Below, in pieces: positions 63,700 through 64,000 of a stretch of DNA of 64,000 nucleotides. Positions within the stretch are counted from its first letter, which is position 1, and every line of letters starts with the position of its first letter. Both the position numbers and the translations under genes were made by a program. Location: positions 91,948,001 through 92,012,000 of the forward strand of contig NC_086108.1 in the NCBI RefSeq assembly GCF_963921235.1, given 5' to 3'. This stretch comes from Mobula hypostoma. Lineage: Eukaryota. The notes beneath the pieces are model-generated. The model made no database searches. It was given only the letters and a program-made list of their open reading frames with translations, and had not been told where the DNA came from.

Positions 63700-64000
63700 T
63701 CGGGTAACGCAGTAGTCAGTTTTGCTGCCTCGCATGTTAGCAGATCAGAGTTTGATCCTGACATTGGATGTTTTCTATGTGGAGTCTCTGTGTTTTCCCT
63801 GTGACTAAACCATCTTCTTTAATGTGCTCTAGTTTCTTTCCATATCCCTATGTGTATGGTTCTGATAGGTGGTTTGATTGGCTGTGGTAAATGATCGCAA
63901 CGGCAGGAAAATCTAGAAGACAGGGGAGCTGAGTGTGGTTTCAACATGGAGAAGTGGAATAAGTGTATATTGGCGTGGATGAGATGGTCGAAAACTGTAT
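63700..64000 (+). mobile_element. Old HE1-like V-SINE running to the window end
   Basis: gagtttgatcctgac B box, tgtggagt..ttccctgtgac, tgctctagtttctttccatatccc. Confidence 0.7.

Overview
Eukaryotic, gene-free, repeat-dense DNA (intergenic or deep intronic). The repeat set points to a cartilaginous fish, probably a ray or shark (inference): HE1-like V-SINEs, HER1/CR1 LINEs, Rex1/Babar LINEs and Penelope pseudo-LTR palindromes. No host exon or RNA gene was recognised. Every ORF with a recognisable protein motif belongs to a broken retrotransposon or transposon; by rough eye count well over half the window is TE-derived. Highlights: (1) an RTE LINE with both ends and a 13-bp TSD contains a tRNA-SINE (14-bp TSD), which contains a Tigger element (TA TSD); (2) a Penelope-derived palindrome with an 11-bp TSD carries a minimal hammerhead ribozyme motif on each strand; (3) a CsRn1/Kabuki-clade Gypsy relic has an LTR, tRNA-Trp PBS and CHCC gag knuckle; (4) several non-autonomous 5'+3' LINE derivatives, orphan LTR-like segments and templated-insertion scars. 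Families were called from motifs by eye without database searches; boundaries without a TSD are approximate. I found no convincing new biological system.
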